A DNA stretch of 64,000 nt from a virus. Each line of letters starts with the position of its first letter. Position 1 is the first letter of the stretch. The notes beneath the pieces were generated by a model that had not been told where the DNA came from, made no database searches, and saw only the letters and a program-made list of their open reading frames with translations. The position numbers and the translations under genes were made by a program. The stretch lies in the IMG/VR virus record IMGVR_UViG_3300015360_000024, positions 129,959 to 193,958 of that record. One strand, 5' to 3'. Shown here in pieces: positions 30,313 through 40,022 of this stretch.

Positions 30313-30639
30313 GTGTCTTCTGACTACCTAAAGGAATACCGGAGGTTAACCATACCTCTCATGCAGCAGCTATCCGAGGCAATGCCTGGTGGTAGCGCGC
30401 CTGGCGTTCCTGGGTACACAGGTGGGCAGGCAGATCTTACGCCTCTAAAGAACAAGGCTCGCGAGGCCGTCGAGGCGTTGAACGATGCCCAGAAGGCAGC
30501 TGACTCGGGTCGAACTGAGGACACACTCGACGCTCTTCGTAGGGCTCGTGCTGTCATCGATGCTGCACTGGGCGGTAGTCTCGGCGCTCATGGCGCTGCG
30601 ATAGCGCCAACCGGCGGTCCTGGGTATGGACGGTACTGA
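30313..30639 (+). CDS. Hypothetical protein
   Basis: GAGG RBS, GTG start. Confidence 0.65.
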   Translation: MSSDYLKEYRRLTIPLMQQLSEAMPGGSAPGVPGYTGGQADLTPLKNKAREAVEALNDAQKAADSGRTEDTLDALRRARAVIDAALGGSLGAHGAAIAPTGGPGYGRY

Positions 30640-31064
30640 TGAATGCCGTGGCGATAAACCGTCAGTTGGTTGAGCCTCATCGGCGTCCAGAACCGCTCAG
30701 TGAGAACGACCACATCCTGACCATCAGGCCGTGCGTCGTCCGACGAGGTCGGCTCTTTCCTGATGGTGATGCACAGGATCTCAACATCAGGGAAGCGGTC
30801 GACCTTCTTGCACCGAGCAAGAGGCACCTGGCGAGGACCAACGTACTTCGGGCCAAGACAGGCCAGTACATTGGGGTCAAGTCAGATTCGTCGAACTTTG
30901 TCATTGTAAATCCTACAAGTGACGGCGATATTCGCTGGCTCTTGAAGAAGTATCCAGATCTACAATTCCAGATCCGTGATGTATATCTGGTGGAGTCGGT
31001 CGTCATCCGAAGAAACGCTATTGACCTTCCGTCGGACGGCGAAGGTAACGGAGATCGCACATGA
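30639..31064 (+). CDS. Hypothetical protein
   Basis: TGATG stop/start overlap upstream and ATGA overlap downstream. Confidence 0.65.
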   Translation: MNAVAINRQLVEPHRRPEPLSENDHILTIRPCVVRRGRLFPDGDAQDLNIREAVDLLAPSKRHLARTNVLRAKTGQYIGVKSDSSNFVIVNPTSDGDIRWLLKKYPDLQFQIRDVYLVESVVIRRNAIDLPSDGEGNGDRT

Positions 31065-31783
31065 GCAAAGCTTCAGACCTGCTTGAGGAAATGAAGGGGA
31101 TCTTCGGAGGTACGTTTGGTCGCACGACCAGCCCGACGTTGATCTCGGAAGCTCAACGTCCAATGCCGTCGCAGAACCGCTCCGACAAGGGGCTGGTCAA
31201 GGGCAAGAAGGGCGGATTTGTTCCGTCTGGCCGTGGCGACAAGTCGAAGAGCGGTTCAACGATCACCGCGAAGAAGGTCATGAAGGCTGCTGCTCGTGCT
31301 GCGAAGGACGATCCGAAGCACAAGGAGAAGCAGGCCGACGACGAGAAGCGCTTCCAGGGTGTCATGAAGGACATCCGTGGCGAGATGGACAAGTCCCACC
31401 AGAAGTCGCTCGCCAAGAAGGCTGTGCCGTCTACCGGCGGTGGTGGTGATAGCGCTCCATCCGACAAGAAGGGAAGCCAGGCAAGCAGCGCTTCCAAGTC
31501 TGGTCGTCGTCACTTCCCGTTCAAGCGCAACGCTAACCTTGGCCCTGGGCCTCGTGGAGAACACCACGACGAGACCAAGTGCTGGAAGTGCAAGTGCGGA
31601 AACGTCTATAGCGACGGCTGCAATTGCGTCGCTTCCGGCAACGGCGAGAACTGCCCTGACAAGGGCACGACCAAGAAGATCAGCTACAAGAAGGAATACA
31701 AGCGTAGCTACAACAACGAGTACCACGCTTGGAGAGCCAGGCAGGGTGGCGCCGTTACTCAGCGTCTCGGTTCCACCAGGTAA
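31061..31783 (+). CDS. Lys-rich protein with a C-terminal Cys cluster, putative internal head protein
   Basis: Basic low-complexity body; CWKCKC..CNC..C motif; GGAG RBS. Confidence 0.65.
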   Translation: MSKASDLLEEMKGIFGGTFGRTTSPTLISEAQRPMPSQNRSDKGLVKGKKGGFVPSGRGDKSKSGSTITAKKVMKAAARAAKDDPKHKEKQADDEKRFQGVMKDIRGEMDKSHQKSLAKKAVPSTGGGGDSAPSDKKGSQASSASKSGRRHFPFKRNANLGPGPRGEHHDETKCWKCKCGNVYSDGCNCVASGNGENCPDKGTTKKISYKKEYKRSYNNEYHAWRARQGGAVTQRLGSTR

Positions 31784-31800
31784 CTTTCAGCGAGGAATTT

Positions 31801-31998
31801 ATGGACATTTCCAAGGTAAACGATCTTCTCGGCCAGGTTCGCGTCAAGTTGGAGTCGCTCGATCCCAACAACGAGGGCATTGAGGTCATCGGCAACAAGA
31901 GCGGCGGAAGCGTCAGTACGGCCAACGGCAAGATGGCCAACCTGATCGCGAAGCTCGCGCGCAAGCCCAAGGTGACTGGTACCAACAAGCGCAAGTAG
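31801..31998 (+). CDS. Small hypothetical protein
   Basis: GAGGA RBS before ATG 31801. Confidence 0.65.
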   Translation: MDISKVNDLLGQVRVKLESLDPNNEGIEVIGNKSGGSVSTANGKMANLIAKLARKPKVTGTNKRK

Positions 31999-32000
31999 TC

Positions 32001-32954
32001 ATGATTCACTTCTCGCCGACCGTCGATCACGTCGCCAAGAAGATTGCCCGGCTCCCTGGAGTTGAGGCGTCTTTTATTGGTCGTGACGGCGCAATCGACG
32101 TGGTGCTTGAAAAGGCACACGATCGACCGCTACGCGAGCACGCAATCCAGATTGGGATGCGTGCGATGGTTCCAGTTCGGGTGTTCTACAGGATGCCTGA
32201 CGGAAACATCGTTGGCGAAGCGAAGGCCGGCCAGAAGATCGAAGCCATCGAGGACTTCTACACCAACATTCACGTTGCTGGTTTCGCCGGCAGCGAGCCG
32301 TCCGCTCCGCCTGAGAAGATCGCAGGCGATGCGCAGGGCGACCAGAAGGTTGGGTCCGAGAAGGACACCAGGGACGACGCTGGACAACTGAAGCTCGCCA
32401 GGATTCGTTCTACGTCTCGTGGTCGAGAAGTGGTTGGCTGGCGTTACGGCACCAAGGCATTGCGCTCCGGCGACAAGGTCAAGTTCAAGGAGGCATGCGT
32501 GCTTCAGTGGACGGCTGGCCGTACTGTCAAGGTTCCCGTTGGGATGACTGGCAAAGTGTCGAAGGTCGCCTCAAAGAGTCCGATGGCCTACCTGTCCATG
32601 GGTGGGCACGACGGTATTGAGCTGCCGATACATGCGATAGGTCACGTCTACGACGTGATGGTTGATCCCGCATTGGAGTCGAAGGCGACAACGGTGACCT
32701 CGCGACAGGCTGGCCTGCCAACGCAGATCGCCAAGCTAGTGTCGACCATTGGATTTGGTCGTCCTCATCATGAGCCGTCAGAGACGCCAAACAACGGCCC
32801 AAACTTCAAGGGCAAGGAAAAGATCCCGACGGAGGCTACCGACGACATGCTCGTCCCGAAGTCCGCTAAGAAGACGCCTGGCGGCAAGGACGATGACCGT
32901 ACGATCCACACATCGACTGGTGAGCCACCGAGGGTGCTCCTAGCTCGGAAGTAG
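32001..32954 (+). CDS. Hypothetical protein
   Basis: 317-aa ORF, tightly packed. Confidence 0.7.
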   Translation: MIHFSPTVDHVAKKIARLPGVEASFIGRDGAIDVVLEKAHDRPLREHAIQIGMRAMVPVRVFYRMPDGNIVGEAKAGQKIEAIEDFYTNIHVAGFAGSEPSAPPEKIAGDAQGDQKVGSEKDTRDDAGQLKLARIRSTSRGREVVGWRYGTKALRSGDKVKFKEACVLQWTAGRTVKVPVGMTGKVSKVASKSPMAYLSMGGHDGIELPIHAIGHVYDVMVDPALESKATTVTSRQAGLPTQIAKLVSTIGFGRPHHEPSETPNNGPNFKGKEKIPTEATDDMLVPKSAKKTPGGKDDDRTIHTSTGEPPRVLLARK

Positions 32955-32991
32955 TGCGCCCTCGCCAGCGTTGATCTATCCTGTTGTGTAG

Positions 32992-33732
32992 ATGAGCGCA
33001 TTTACCACCATAGCCAGGGCATTCAGAGGCGGTCTCGCCCAGAAGCCTGCACGCGCGTATCTAATCCCGCTCGATGGGTTCAAGGGCGACGAGCCGAGGC
33101 TTAACTGGCTTCGCTCGTTTCAATATTTTCCAGCGACCATTGCCGATCACCAGGGTACGAACTATCAGACCAAGGTGATTCCGGGTCTGAGTCATCCGCT
33201 TTATCAGTGGACGTCTGGCCAAGAGAGAACTATCTCCTTCGAGGCAATCTTCACTCGTGATCGGACCTATACAGAAGCTGAAAAGAAGTCCATCGCGGAC
33301 GGGTCGAAGGCGTTTTACGCAAGCTCAATCGCCTCGAACAATGACTTCAGAAACGTCGACATTCCAAGTGCGGTTGCATGGCTTCGGTCGCACTTGCTTC
33401 CAGAGTACAGCTCCAATGGCAGAGGAACATTTTCATCGACCCCTCAGCGTCCTCATCCTCCAGCCAAGCTGATCCTTGGAATGCCAGGGGTGAGATTGAA
33501 TTGGGGCGTTCCAGATCTTCCCCCAGATGAGATGTACGTCATCATGAAGGGTTGCGAAGTGGCATACGATGGATTTTTCCATGACGGAACGCCGCGTATG
33601 GCAAAGGTCGCTTTGGTGTTTGGCGAGATCATCCAGATTGGCGGGAAGATCAAGGTTCAGGACGGAGGCACCAAGCGTAGACTTGGCGCATCTGCTTACA
33701 ATCTGAGCACGCAACGAGGGAAGGGCGGCTGA
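32992..33732 (+). CDS. Tail tube initiator / CIS-tube-like baseplate protein
   Basis: FQYFP..I......Y....IPG...P..QW.SG..RTISFE..F..D and P..PP..IL patterns typical of contractile-tail tube-initiator proteins. Confidence 0.65.
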   Translation: MSAFTTIARAFRGGLAQKPARAYLIPLDGFKGDEPRLNWLRSFQYFPATIADHQGTNYQTKVIPGLSHPLYQWTSGQERTISFEAIFTRDRTYTEAEKKSIADGSKAFYASSIASNNDFRNVDIPSAVAWLRSHLLPEYSSNGRGTFSSTPQRPHPPAKLILGMPGVRLNWGVPDLPPDEMYVIMKGCEVAYDGFFHDGTPRMAKVALVFGEIIQIGGKIKVQDGGTKRRLGASAYNLSTQRGKGG

Positions 33733-33734
33733 TT

Positions 33735-33989
33735 GTGGCGGCCCCCAAGAAAGCCTTCGGCAAGGGTAGGTCGCCAACGCGATTCTCGTTCACGTACGAG
33801 GATTTTGCCCATGCCATGGGTTGCTCGATCGAAGCAGCTCGCAAGCATGCCCAGCGTGGCAACTACAATCCGAAGGACTTGATGTCGATCTTGGAGTTCG
33901 TCCAGGTGAAGCTCTCCAAGGAGAGCGGGGACAGCCTTCAGACGCTCGTAGAGAAGGCTCGCGACGTTGTTCAGGGCAACGAGGAGTAG
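33735..33989 (+). CDS. Small putative DNA-binding (HTH-like) protein
   Basis: FTYEDFAHAMGCSIEAARKHAQRG helix-turn-helix pattern. Confidence 0.55.
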   Translation: MAAPKKAFGKGRSPTRFSFTYEDFAHAMGCSIEAARKHAQRGNYNPKDLMSILEFVQVKLSKESGDSLQTLVEKARDVVQGNEE

Positions 33990-33992
33990 GTT

Positions 33993-34247
33993 GTGGCCTG
34001 GGTTTGTCCTCGCTGTGAGAAGCGAATCTTCGCGCCGAGAGAGGCTGCGATCCGATTCGTTTTTCATTGGAAGTATACGAAATCTAACGAAGAACTGACG
34101 ATGGATCTGAAGAATCTCAGGGACATCAGGGACGGCTATGTGGTGACCCACCTCCACTGTCCTGATCCAGAAAAACCTGGATTCAAAGAACGGATCAAGG
34201 CAATGCTCAAGATGCCTGACCATCGAGAGCATCCACTGCTATTCTAG
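33993..34247 (+). CDS. Hypothetical protein with a CxxC motif
   Basis: GAGGAG RBS; WVCPRCEK. Confidence 0.6.
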   Translation: MAWVCPRCEKRIFAPREAAIRFVFHWKYTKSNEELTMDLKNLRDIRDGYVVTHLHCPDPEKPGFKERIKAMLKMPDHREHPLLF

Positions 34248-34254
34248 GAACACC

Positions 34255-34440
34255 ATGAGCGATTTCACTTGCCCCAGCTGCACCGCGAAGATTCAGAATG
34301 CCCGATCTGTCGGCTGCCCGGCGTGCGGCTTTGGGAAGCCACACGATCACAAGCACGAGCAGATCAAGCAGCCGACGACAAAACCGACCGTCGAGGCCCC
34401 TCCAGGCTTTAACGGGGACTACCTCACCGAGACTCGTTGA
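34255..34440 (+). CDS. Small Zn-ribbon protein
   Basis: CPSC..CPAC; AGGA RBS. Confidence 0.6.
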   Translation: MSDFTCPSCTAKIQNARSVGCPACGFGKPHDHKHEQIKQPTTKPTVEAPPGFNGDYLTETR

Positions 34441-34465
34441 CGATTGGGCGGTTCGCTCCTAGGGT
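34437..34465 (+). promoter_or_regulatory. Sigma70-type promoter
   Basis: TTGACG-17 nt-TAGGGT upstream of the helicase gene. Confidence 0.55.
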
Positions 34466-34489
34466 CGTCCTCCTTGTCGAGGATCCCCT

Positions 34490-35746
34490 ATGGCCACGCC
34501 ACCTGATATCAACTGGAACCAGCAGCAGCGTGACGCGATCGATCGGCTTCGTGGCTGGTCAGACAAGTCCGAGGCTGGCCTCCAAGTCGCGTTGACCGGA
34601 GCCGCCGGTACCGGCAAGACGACAGTCTTGTCTGCGGTGAAGCCATTCCTTGATGGAAAGGGCGTTGCCTGGACAGCGATGACCGGCAAGGCGGCCCTGC
34701 GCATGCGGGATGCTGCTGGCATCGAGGCGAGGACCCTGCACTCAATCCTCTACAAAAGGCCGTCCAAGGGAAGAAACAACAAGCTGTATTTCAACAGCTT
34801 GAAGGAGCCTGACTGCAAATACCTCATCATCGACGAGGCTTCGATGATGACGCCAAAGATCTACAACGATCTCCAGGCCTGGGCGGCTCAAGGCGTCAGG
34901 ATCCTGTACGTAGGCGACGGGTACCAGCTGCCGCCCGTGCTCGACTACAAAGAGGTCAAGGAGTACGGCGAGGACTTCTCGATCTTCTGCAAGGTCGATG
35001 GTCCAGCGCTCAGCCAGGTCATGCGCAGCGGCGACGACATCATCAAGGTCGCCACCCAGCTTCGTGAGGAGAACGAGGTCCCGAAGAAGAACATAGGCGA
35101 GTCCTACAGGATCTGCCGGTCGGCGACGCCTGGCATGGACGCAATCGAATCCTGGCTCAAGGACAACGACGACCACATTCTCATCACGTGGCGCAACAAG
35201 CTGCGGATGGCAGCTAACCGGCTCGTGCGGAAGCGCCTCGGATACGAGGGGGTGATCCCCAATAAGACCGAGCCAGTGATGCTCTGCAAGAACGGCGAGA
35301 CGGACTCTGGGCCGATCTTGAATGGCGAGATTCACTACGCCGAGGAGTTTAGGGAGGGCGCCCACTTCGGCAAAGAAGTGAAGTGCATGAACTTCTACAC
35401 GGACTTGGGGTTGAACATCTTCGCCAACACCCAAGGACGGGACGAGCCGATGGACGGCGGATTCCCGAACGTGAAGGACTGGAAGGAGTACATGCACCAT
35501 TTCAAGGTGAGTCGTCTCCCAGATCCAATCCCACTTACCTACGGATACGTCAGCACGGCCCATAAGGCCCAGGGCAGTGAGTACCGCAGGGTCAGCATCT
35601 TCCTGGCCGCTGAGGATCTTCAGAACGAGCACTTCCGCAAGGACACCGTCCTGCCGAACGGACAGACAATGCCCTTTGCTACTCGTTGGCTCTATACCAG
35701 TTTGACGCGTGCGCGCCAACAAGTCAGTTTGATTCTAGGATCTTAG
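34490..35746 (+). CDS. SF1 DNA helicase, Dda/RecD-like
   Basis: GAAGTGKT, IIDEASM, VGDGYQLPPV, STAHKAQGSEY and LYTSLTRAR motifs. Confidence 0.9.
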   Translation: MATPPDINWNQQQRDAIDRLRGWSDKSEAGLQVALTGAAGTGKTTVLSAVKPFLDGKGVAWTAMTGKAALRMRDAAGIEARTLHSILYKRPSKGRNNKLYFNSLKEPDCKYLIIDEASMMTPKIYNDLQAWAAQGVRILYVGDGYQLPPVLDYKEVKEYGEDFSIFCKVDGPALSQVMRSGDDIIKVATQLREENEVPKKNIGESYRICRSATPGMDAIESWLKDNDDHILITWRNKLRMAANRLVRKRLGYEGVIPNKTEPVMLCKNGETDSGPILNGEIHYAEEFREGAHFGKEVKCMNFYTDLGLNIFANTQGRDEPMDGGFPNVKDWKEYMHHFKVSRLPDPIPLTYGYVSTAHKAQGSEYRRVSIFLAAEDLQNEHFRKDTVLPNGQTMPFATRWLYTSLTRARQQVSLILGS

Positions 35747-36383
35747 CTCTGTATTTCCCCCGCCCGGCTTTGTCGATTCGACCCTGGTGGAAGAGTGAAA
35801 TCAATGCCTGGTTGCACCAGAGCTTATTCTTGCCAGCTGATTGTTCTCGACCCTGAAAGTCATTCGCTTGGAATGTTTTGACCGGGTTAGAATTGATTTC
35901 TTCTAGGATCCAAAGAAAAGGATCTTTTGTTGGTGCTGTTTTATTCTCGCCACGTGATGCCGTCCTGATTCTGTGACAACAGGCGCAGACGACCTCGCAC
36001 TTAGCGATCTCTTCCTTAATCAATTCGAGCTTATATGCTCCAGACACGTAGCTTGAGATGCTCTTGATCTTGTCACCGCGCACGTGATCGAAATCCATGG
36101 CGACAGGTGGCCATTTCTTCCCGCAGTCGGCACACGGAACATCCTTGGCTGAGTTGATGTAGTCCTTAGCGATCTTTCGACGCGATTCCTGGTCAAGGTC
36201 TCGCTTAGGCCTGGTTCGCTTGTTGTACTCAACCCGATACGCCTTCATCTTCTCGGCGTTGTCCGTGTAGTACTTATTGCGGCAGTTCCAGCACTCTCCG
36301 CGACGACCGATGCTGCCATCACGTTGACGGAAAGTTGCGAAACGGTTTCGCGGGGTTTCGTTTCCGCACTTCTTACATATCAT
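35724..36383 (-). CDS. HNH endonuclease-like protein
   Basis: CADC..DFDHVRG..CEVVCACCHRIRT; antisense to neighbours; visibly AT-richer. Confidence 0.8.
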   Translation of the reverse strand: MICKKCGNETPRNRFATFRQRDGSIGRRGECWNCRNKYYTDNAEKMKAYRVEYNKRTRPKRDLDQESRRKIAKDYINSAKDVPCADCGKKWPPVAMDFDHVRGDKIKSISSYVSGAYKLELIKEEIAKCEVVCACCHRIRTASRGENKTAPTKDPFLWILEEINSNPVKTFQANDFQGREQSAGKNKLWCNQALISLFHQGRIDKAGRGKYRAKILESN

Positions 36384-36470
36384 TGGTTATATAGATAACA
36401 CGATTTTGGTATAGCCAACAGGATCCCGTTTATTTTCGGTAGGTAGCGGTAAAAAATCGAATGTTGTAGT

Positions 36471-36740
36471 GTGGCCCCGGTGGGAGCGCTCCTACAACTA
36501 TGCGAGTCCGTTCGGGACGCAATCGAAGACGACGGCTGGAAGGGATGCTTCCAGAAGTCCGTCTTTGCGTATCATCAGAAGACTGGCCTGCCCATTCCAG
36601 GGCTATGGGCTGCGGTCGAGGCTGTCGTGAGCGGACAGACTCCTGGTAAGGTTCTCAAGCGCCTCCAGAAAAGCTGGGGCGGATCTCCTGAGGATTGGGT
36701 CCGATGGTTTACCATCGCTAAGCAAAGGCCAGACTGCTGA
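36471..36740 (+). CDS. Hypothetical protein
   Basis: GTG start; TGATG overlap with the next gene. Confidence 0.5.
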   Translation: MAPVGALLQLCESVRDAIEDDGWKGCFQKSVFAYHQKTGLPIPGLWAAVEAVVSGQTPGKVLKRLQKSWGGSPEDWVRWFTIAKQRPDC

Positions 36741-37015
36741 TGAAAGAAATCCTTTTAATACTCGGCGGCGTTGGGGCTACAGGTCTCGTCCTCTTCCTCA
36801 TGAAGATGTTTGGCGGGAAGAAGGGTGAAACCGTTGCAGCACCCGATACAGCCAAATCCGCAGCTGCCCTGGAGACTGCAGCTGAGCTGCTGGGTCGGCG
36901 CGCTATGGTTGAAGCTAAGGCTGACGCTGATAAAGCGCGCGTTGAGGAAAAATTGGCGATCGAAGACCCGGCCAAAAGAGTAGAAGCTCTGGCTGAAGAA
37001 CTGAAGGATCTCTAA
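36740..37015 (+). CDS. Single-pass membrane protein (N-terminal TM plus charged helix; i-spanin-like topology)
   Basis: ILLILGGVGATGLVLFLM then an Ala/Glu/Lys helix. Confidence 0.6.
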   Translation: MKEILLILGGVGATGLVLFLMKMFGGKKGETVAAPDTAKSAAALETAAELLGRRAMVEAKADADKARVEEKLAIEDPAKRVEALAEELKDL

Positions 37016-37017
37016 CC

Positions 37018-38469
37018 ATGTCAGCTGGAATTCAACACCTCCTCAAGGGCGGACGCGAGTCGAACCGCATCGGCGAGTCCCGCGTCGACAAGATTGAGAC
37101 CGACAGGCTCAATTCGATCGTCGAGCGCATTTCCGGGGTGAATCCAAGCAAGCTTGCCGCCTTGGTCACCAAGGAAGAGGTCCAGACGTTTCCGGGAGCA
37201 CGTGTTGCCACTTCTCCGGTTGAGAAACAGGCAGCCGGTCCCGGGCCTCGTCTTGGATCCAGTCTGCCGTGGGGCGGTGAGTCCGGCGGTAACGCTACCG
37301 TTGACCAGCTCTCCAAGCAGGTCCAGATGCTCGAACAGCGTCTCGCCAAGTATGAAGTCTTTAACGGGAATGACAATGATGTCGTCTCGACTACGACCAC
37401 CCCAGCAGGCAAGCTGAACCGTGGCGCGGATTCGTCCGCGTATGGTAGTGGTGCGATCCGCAAGAAGAATGCGAAGAGCAAAGATCCTGTGGACGGCAAG
37501 CCCGACAAGCAAACGGAGCCCAATATGGCTGGAGAACGCGTCAATATCCTCGGAATTTCAATGAACGAGTGGAGGTCCATGGCTGGACTCTCGGCACCCG
37601 TTCTTCCGGTCCTCAAGGCGCCAGCCGTCGTTGAATCCTATGAGGACGAAGACGAGATCGAGGAGGATGACTCGACGCACGCCAGTAAGGCGAATCTCGA
37701 TGCGTCGACTCGCGCTAGCGTAAAGCGCATGCAGGACAAGGCACCTCTTTATTCGAAGTTTCCACCCCCCACGAAGGGCGGAAGTGGAACGCGAGTGTCA
37801 CCAAGTGAGGTGACGAGGGGGCATCTGAATCAGAAGGCCTTTGAGGGTTCAGAGCAAGATCTGTGGGCTGAGTTCCTCTCTCACTACGACATGACGCCTG
37901 CTGAGTTCGCTGAGTTCGTCGAGGCTGCGGATGACGCAGGTGACGAAGAAGCTCTCTTGGCGGTTATGGAACTTGAGGATGAGTTCATTGAGGCGATCGG
38001 CGCCGAAACGGACGCCCCGATCGAGGAGGACGTCGACCAGCTCTGGTCGCAGTGGCTTGAAGCCCGTGACCTTTCCGTCGACATGTTCAACGCTCTTGTT
38101 GACGCCGTAGAGACCGAGGAGGACGTCGCGACCTTGGAGTCTCTCCAGGCGATGTTCGAGGCGGAGATCGCAGGACAGCGTATTGCTGGCTCATCTCCTG
38201 CGCCTGGTGACAAGGAACTGAATGTTCCCGGCAAGGCGCCACAGAAGCTTCAAAGCCTGGCCCATGGTCAGGTCAAGCCGTCCCGCAAGGGCAATTTCTC
38301 GCTTCCTGCCTCTATGAGGGCGAAGATGGGTCTGCCCAAGGAAGAGGACGAGGATTTCTTCGAGTGTGACTCGGATGAATCCGGTGGTCCCGACATGAAG
38401 CACCCAGGCTGGGCTAAGGCGATGTCGAAGTTAAAAAAGGGTAGCAAGAAGTCTGGGAGGAAGTCGTGA
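37018..38469 (+). CDS. Acidic low-complexity protein, putative prohead core/scaffold-like
   Basis: Two copies of an acidic helical repeat and an ILGISMNEWRSMAGL motif, both shared with the next gene. Confidence 0.7.
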   Translation: MSAGIQHLLKGGRESNRIGESRVDKIETDRLNSIVERISGVNPSKLAALVTKEEVQTFPGARVATSPVEKQAAGPGPRLGSSLPWGGESGGNATVDQLSKQVQMLEQRLAKYEVFNGNDNDVVSTTTTPAGKLNRGADSSAYGSGAIRKKNAKSKDPVDGKPDKQTEPNMAGERVNILGISMNEWRSMAGLSAPVLPVLKAPAVVESYEDEDEIEEDDSTHASKANLDASTRASVKRMQDKAPLYSKFPPPTKGGSGTRVSPSEVTRGHLNQKAFEGSEQDLWAEFLSHYDMTPAEFAEFVEAADDAGDEEALLAVMELEDEFIEAIGAETDAPIEEDVDQLWSQWLEARDLSVDMFNALVDAVETEEDVATLESLQAMFEAEIAGQRIAGSSPAPGDKELNVPGKAPQKLQSLAHGQVKPSRKGNFSLPASMRAKMGLPKEEDEDFFECDSDESGGPDMKHPGWAKAMSKLKKGSKKSGRKS

Positions 38470-40019
38470 AGAAGAACATTCTCGGAATGAACATGACGGA
38501 GTGGAAGCACCTCTCCGGCCTCGCAGATCCGTACAAGCTTGCGCTCGCTGAGGCCGGCGTCGACGCTGGCGTTCCTCCAGTCGTTGAGTCCAAGGCTGAA
38601 GTTGCCGAGGACGACGATGACTCCGGCGTCCCCAGGGAGATCCAGGTCGCCCAAGCGGCTGCCGGCAAGAAGCAGCGCCTTGATAGTATCAAGCGTGCTG
38701 CGCGGAATCTCCGTGGCAAGACCAGGAACGCGATCGACAAGGCAGCGAACACGCCTGCCAAGGATCGCCACCAGGACTATCTGACCCGCATGAAGGCAAA
38801 GTCAGTTGCCAAGGCGGAGGATATTGAGGGTATCGACCCAGATATTCTCTGGGCGGTCTACCTCGAAGATATCGGCAGCAGCCCGGAGGAGTTCTGTAAG
38901 CTTCTCGATCTGGCGATCGAGAGTGATGACGAAGATCTGGCCATCGAGCTGATCGCGATCGAGGATCAACTTGACGAGATTCTTGGTGCCATCGGCGCAG
39001 GTGTAGCCAAGGTCGGTTCGGCCGTTGGCAAGGGCGCCATGGCAGTAGGTAAGACCGTCGCCAAGGGAGCCATGGCGGTCGGCAAGGGTGTCGTGAAGGG
39101 CGCCGAGGCTGCCGGTGGTGCTCTTAAGCAAGGATTCAAGGCTGGAATGGGCGGAGGATCGCCTGCCGCTGGTGGCGCAGCCCCCGCTGCTGCAGCACCG
39201 CCAGCCGGAGAGCCTCCAGCTGCTACGCAGTCGGCTCCAGCTGCCCCTGCTACTGCGGCAACGGCCGCTGCGCCTGCTGCTGCACCTACTGGATCTGCCG
39301 GCGCGCAAACCGCTGGCAACGCAAACGGCGGCCCTGCCGCTGCGGCTGGTGGTGCTCCTGGTGCGGCCAAGGAGCCGAAGAAGATTGGCCTCCTCGGCAC
39401 GCTCGGACGTGGCATCGGCAAGGTTGCCAAGGGTGTTGCCGGTATGGGCGCGGCTACCGCTGGCATCGCCGGCAAGGTTGCGTCTGGCGTAGGCCAGGTC
39501 GCCCAGGGAGCTAAGGCTGGCTACAAGGAAGACGTCGAAGCGTGGGAAGAGTTCGTCTCGGAGGAGTTTGGTGTCACCGCCGAGCAGTACGTCGAGATGT
39601 TCGACAAGGCTATTGCTGAGGACGATCATGACATCCTCGGAAACGCCCACCAGATCGACGAGATCTTCGCTTCGTGGCGAGCCAAGAAGGCCGCTGCCGC
39701 TCAGGATCAGCAGGCGAGGGTGAAGGCCGGCTATCAGGCTGCCAAGGCAGTCATCGCAAAGCACGGCGTTGACCAGGTGAAGGCGGCGAGCCTTCGCGGC
39801 AAGGCCGTCGATGTTCCGAAGCCCAAGGTAGCAGCCGGCGGCGGTGGCACCAGCATTCACGCCAAGAAGGCGGAGAGCGTCGAGGACATCGCCAACCAGA
39901 TCATGGAGTCAACGGCGCGCGAGCCTCGCGTAAAGCCGTCGACTCTGAAGGATCTGATGAGTGACCAGCTCCGGTTCTCGGGCTACACCGACGAACACAT
40001 CGCTCGCAAGAGGGGCTAA
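38466..40019 (+). CDS. Ala/Gly-rich protein with acidic helical repeats, putative internal head protein
   Basis: ILGMNMTEWKHLSGL motif; duplicated GxGVxKVAxG segments; GGGAGG RBS. Confidence 0.7.
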   Translation: MKKNILGMNMTEWKHLSGLADPYKLALAEAGVDAGVPPVVESKAEVAEDDDDSGVPREIQVAQAAAGKKQRLDSIKRAARNLRGKTRNAIDKAANTPAKDRHQDYLTRMKAKSVAKAEDIEGIDPDILWAVYLEDIGSSPEEFCKLLDLAIESDDEDLAIELIAIEDQLDEILGAIGAGVAKVGSAVGKGAMAVGKTVAKGAMAVGKGVVKGAEAAGGALKQGFKAGMGGGSPAAGGAAPAAAAPPAGEPPAATQSAPAAPATAATAAAPAAAPTGSAGAQTAGNANGGPAAAAGGAPGAAKEPKKIGLLGTLGRGIGKVAKGVAGMGAATAGIAGKVASGVGQVAQGAKAGYKEDVEAWEEFVSEEFGVTAEQYVEMFDKAIAEDDHDILGNAHQIDEIFASWRAKKAAAAQDQQARVKAGYQAAKAVIAKHGVDQVKAASLRGKAVDVPKPKVAAGGGGTSIHAKKAESVEDIANQIMESTAREPRVKPSTLKDLMSDQLRFSGYTDEHIARKRG

Positions 40020-40022
40020 CCC

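Noticed and set aside
33735-34247. In-frame ORF pair separated by TAG (same situation at 40259-41662)
   Set aside because: Each downstream ORF has a well-spaced GAGGAG/AGGAG SD, so independent initiation explains it.
34471-34485. TCCTTGTCGAGGATC resembling the Ro60 leader hairpin
   Set aside because: Needs two indels and lacks the GGACCGA partner strand; better explained as a local SD-sequestering stem (TCCTC/GAGGA).
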